64,000 nucleotides of DNA from Mobula birostris (taxonomy: Eukaryota). The notes under the pieces are model-generated. The model made no database searches. It saw only the letters and a list, made by a program, of their open reading frames with translations, and was not told where the DNA came from. Within the stretch, counting starts at the first letter, position 1. Every line of letters starts with the position of its first letter. Where the stretch lies: the NCBI RefSeq assembly GCF_030028105.1, contig NC_092371.1, forward strand, positions 233,800,031 to 233,864,030, written 5' to 3'. The position numbers and the translations under genes are program-made. Of this stretch, positions 62,691-64,000 are shown piece by piece.

Positions 62691-63501
62691 GTATACTTTG
62701 TTTTAAGTAGTGATTGTGATCATTTAAGATGTCATATCTACAGTATGTTGCTTACAGTTATATCAATGCAAAAGTTGTTTCTTTTTTGATCTTCCTACCC
62801 CAAATAGCTTTTTATTGGTTTGAAAATAAAATTGGGCTGCACAGTAAGGGTATTCTATTTAAATGAGCTTTAGAAAATGATTGCTACATTTTGAAATATC
62901 TTCTTTAACTTTAAGATATTGTTTTTGCAAATTGAAAAAATACAATTGTCTTCTTTTGGGAAGCAATATTTCTACATAGACTCAATGGTTTGGTGCGACT
63001 ACAACTAGAGGCCATGGGTTAAGGGTGAAAGGTGAAATGTTTAAGAGGAACATGAGGGGAAGCTTCTTCCCTCAGACAGTGGTGAGAGTGTGGAATAGGC
63101 TGCCAGTGCAAATGGTGCGTGCAAGCTTGAGTTCAAAGTTTAAAAGAAGTTAGGATAGGTACATGGATAGTAGGAGAATGGAGGGCTATGTTCCTGGTGC
63201 AGGTCGATGGGATTAGGCAGTTTAAACAGTTCAGCAGGGACTAGATGGGCTGAAGGGTCTATTTCTATGCTGTATTTTTCTGTGACTCTATGACTCGTAG
63301 ATTAAACGATTAATCACGCATTTTGAAAGACTTGGGGTTAACCTTCAAAGTTCAAGGTACAAATTATGAATTTATAACCTTCCATTTTATATAATGCTTG
63401 AGAAGCATATTTTTATCAATAGATACAAAATATACATTTTTATACTAATTGCTCACATGTGTGTTCCTACCTGGCTTTAATACTTTACATGTTTATGACA
63501 G

Positions 63502-63570
63502 GTCCCGAGTGAAGTGGCTCATAATGACTTCTGGTGTCGGTATTTCTATAGAGTACATCAACTTCATCAG
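63502..63570 (+). CDS. BSDC1-like exon 7 (BSD domain FW motif); gene continues beyond the window
   Basis: VPSEVAHNDFWCRYFYRVHQLHQ carries the BSD-domain FWxRYF signature; gacag and gttag sites; 69 nt. Confidence 0.93.
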
Positions 63571-63594
63571 GTTAGCATAACAGTGCACGGAAAT

Positions 63595-64000
63595 TTCTTT
63601 TTCTTTTTAAATCTTTTTATTGAATAAGTATACAAAAGGGTAAGCCATATAGGCACTAATACACTGTTAGAATATAATAAAATTACAGGAGATATTAATA
63701 CAGAAAAGAAAGTGATGCAAACAATGTAATTTAAACATAACATACTAAGGTAACGTAATAGTATACTAATTTATATATATATATCAATAGAGAAAAGGGA
63801 AAAAAAAACCCCAAAAAAAACCCACCGTGCAACTAAACTAAAAGCAAAGCAAAGCAATGGACTAACTTGGAACCAAATAGAGTTAAAGAACTTAAAATCA
63901 CGTCCTCAAACCCGACCTCCATTAAAAACAGTAAAAAAAAACAAGAAGGGTATACAAATATGGAGCAAAAAAGAGAAGAAAAAAAATTACATTAAATGAA
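63595..64000 (-). mobile_element. 3' end of a LINE (L1/Tx1-like), running off the window
   Basis: Minus-strand caataaaaagatttaaaaagaaaaaag terminus with T-rich UTR; a similar tail on + at ~55835-56168. Confidence 0.5.

Noticed and set aside
62691-63501. Possible U12-type intron 6 in the BSDC1-like gene (donor GTATACTTT, weak pyrimidine tract)
   Set aside because: The donor misses the near-invariant +5 C of GTATCCTT and there is no convincing TCCTTAAC branch site; it is compatible with an ordinary U2 intron.
47348-64000. FAM229B at its mammalian position opposite TUBE1
   Set aside because: No FAM229-like coding sequence was recognised in the window; the exons found are BSD-family. It may lie further downstream.

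Overview
Eukaryotic, intron-rich vertebrate genomic DNA. The repeat content (CR1, Rex1/Babar, Penelope, V-SINE, Tc1 and hAT MITEs) suggests a cartilaginous fish, probably a ray; this is inference. Three spliced genes were reconstructed by hand with GT-AG sites and consistent phases. (1) The last three coding exons of CCN6/WISP3 (+; VWC, TSP1, CT). (2) A complete 12-exon TUBE1 (epsilon-tubulin, -, 1422 nt CDS, 473 aa, 46734 to 17080). (3) Head-to-head with TUBE1 across a CpG-rich bidirectional promoter, the first seven coding exons of a divergent BSD-domain gene (BSDC1-like, +, from 47397, running off the window). The best leads are four. The BSDC1-like gene sits in the CCN6-TUBE1 block where mammals have FAM229B, so it looks like a retained whole-genome-duplication paralogue of BSDC1. 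This CCN6 keeps all 10 VWC cysteines. Short Penelope-derived insertions carry intact minimal type I hammerhead ribozyme cores, one of them closed by a perfect ~57-bp hairpin. The promoter packs E2F, CRE, RFX X-box, ETS, GC-box and E-box motifs into ~110 bp. Comparisons to human proteins and gene order come from recall, not from a search. Repeat boundaries are approximate unless a target-site duplication (TSD) is quoted.
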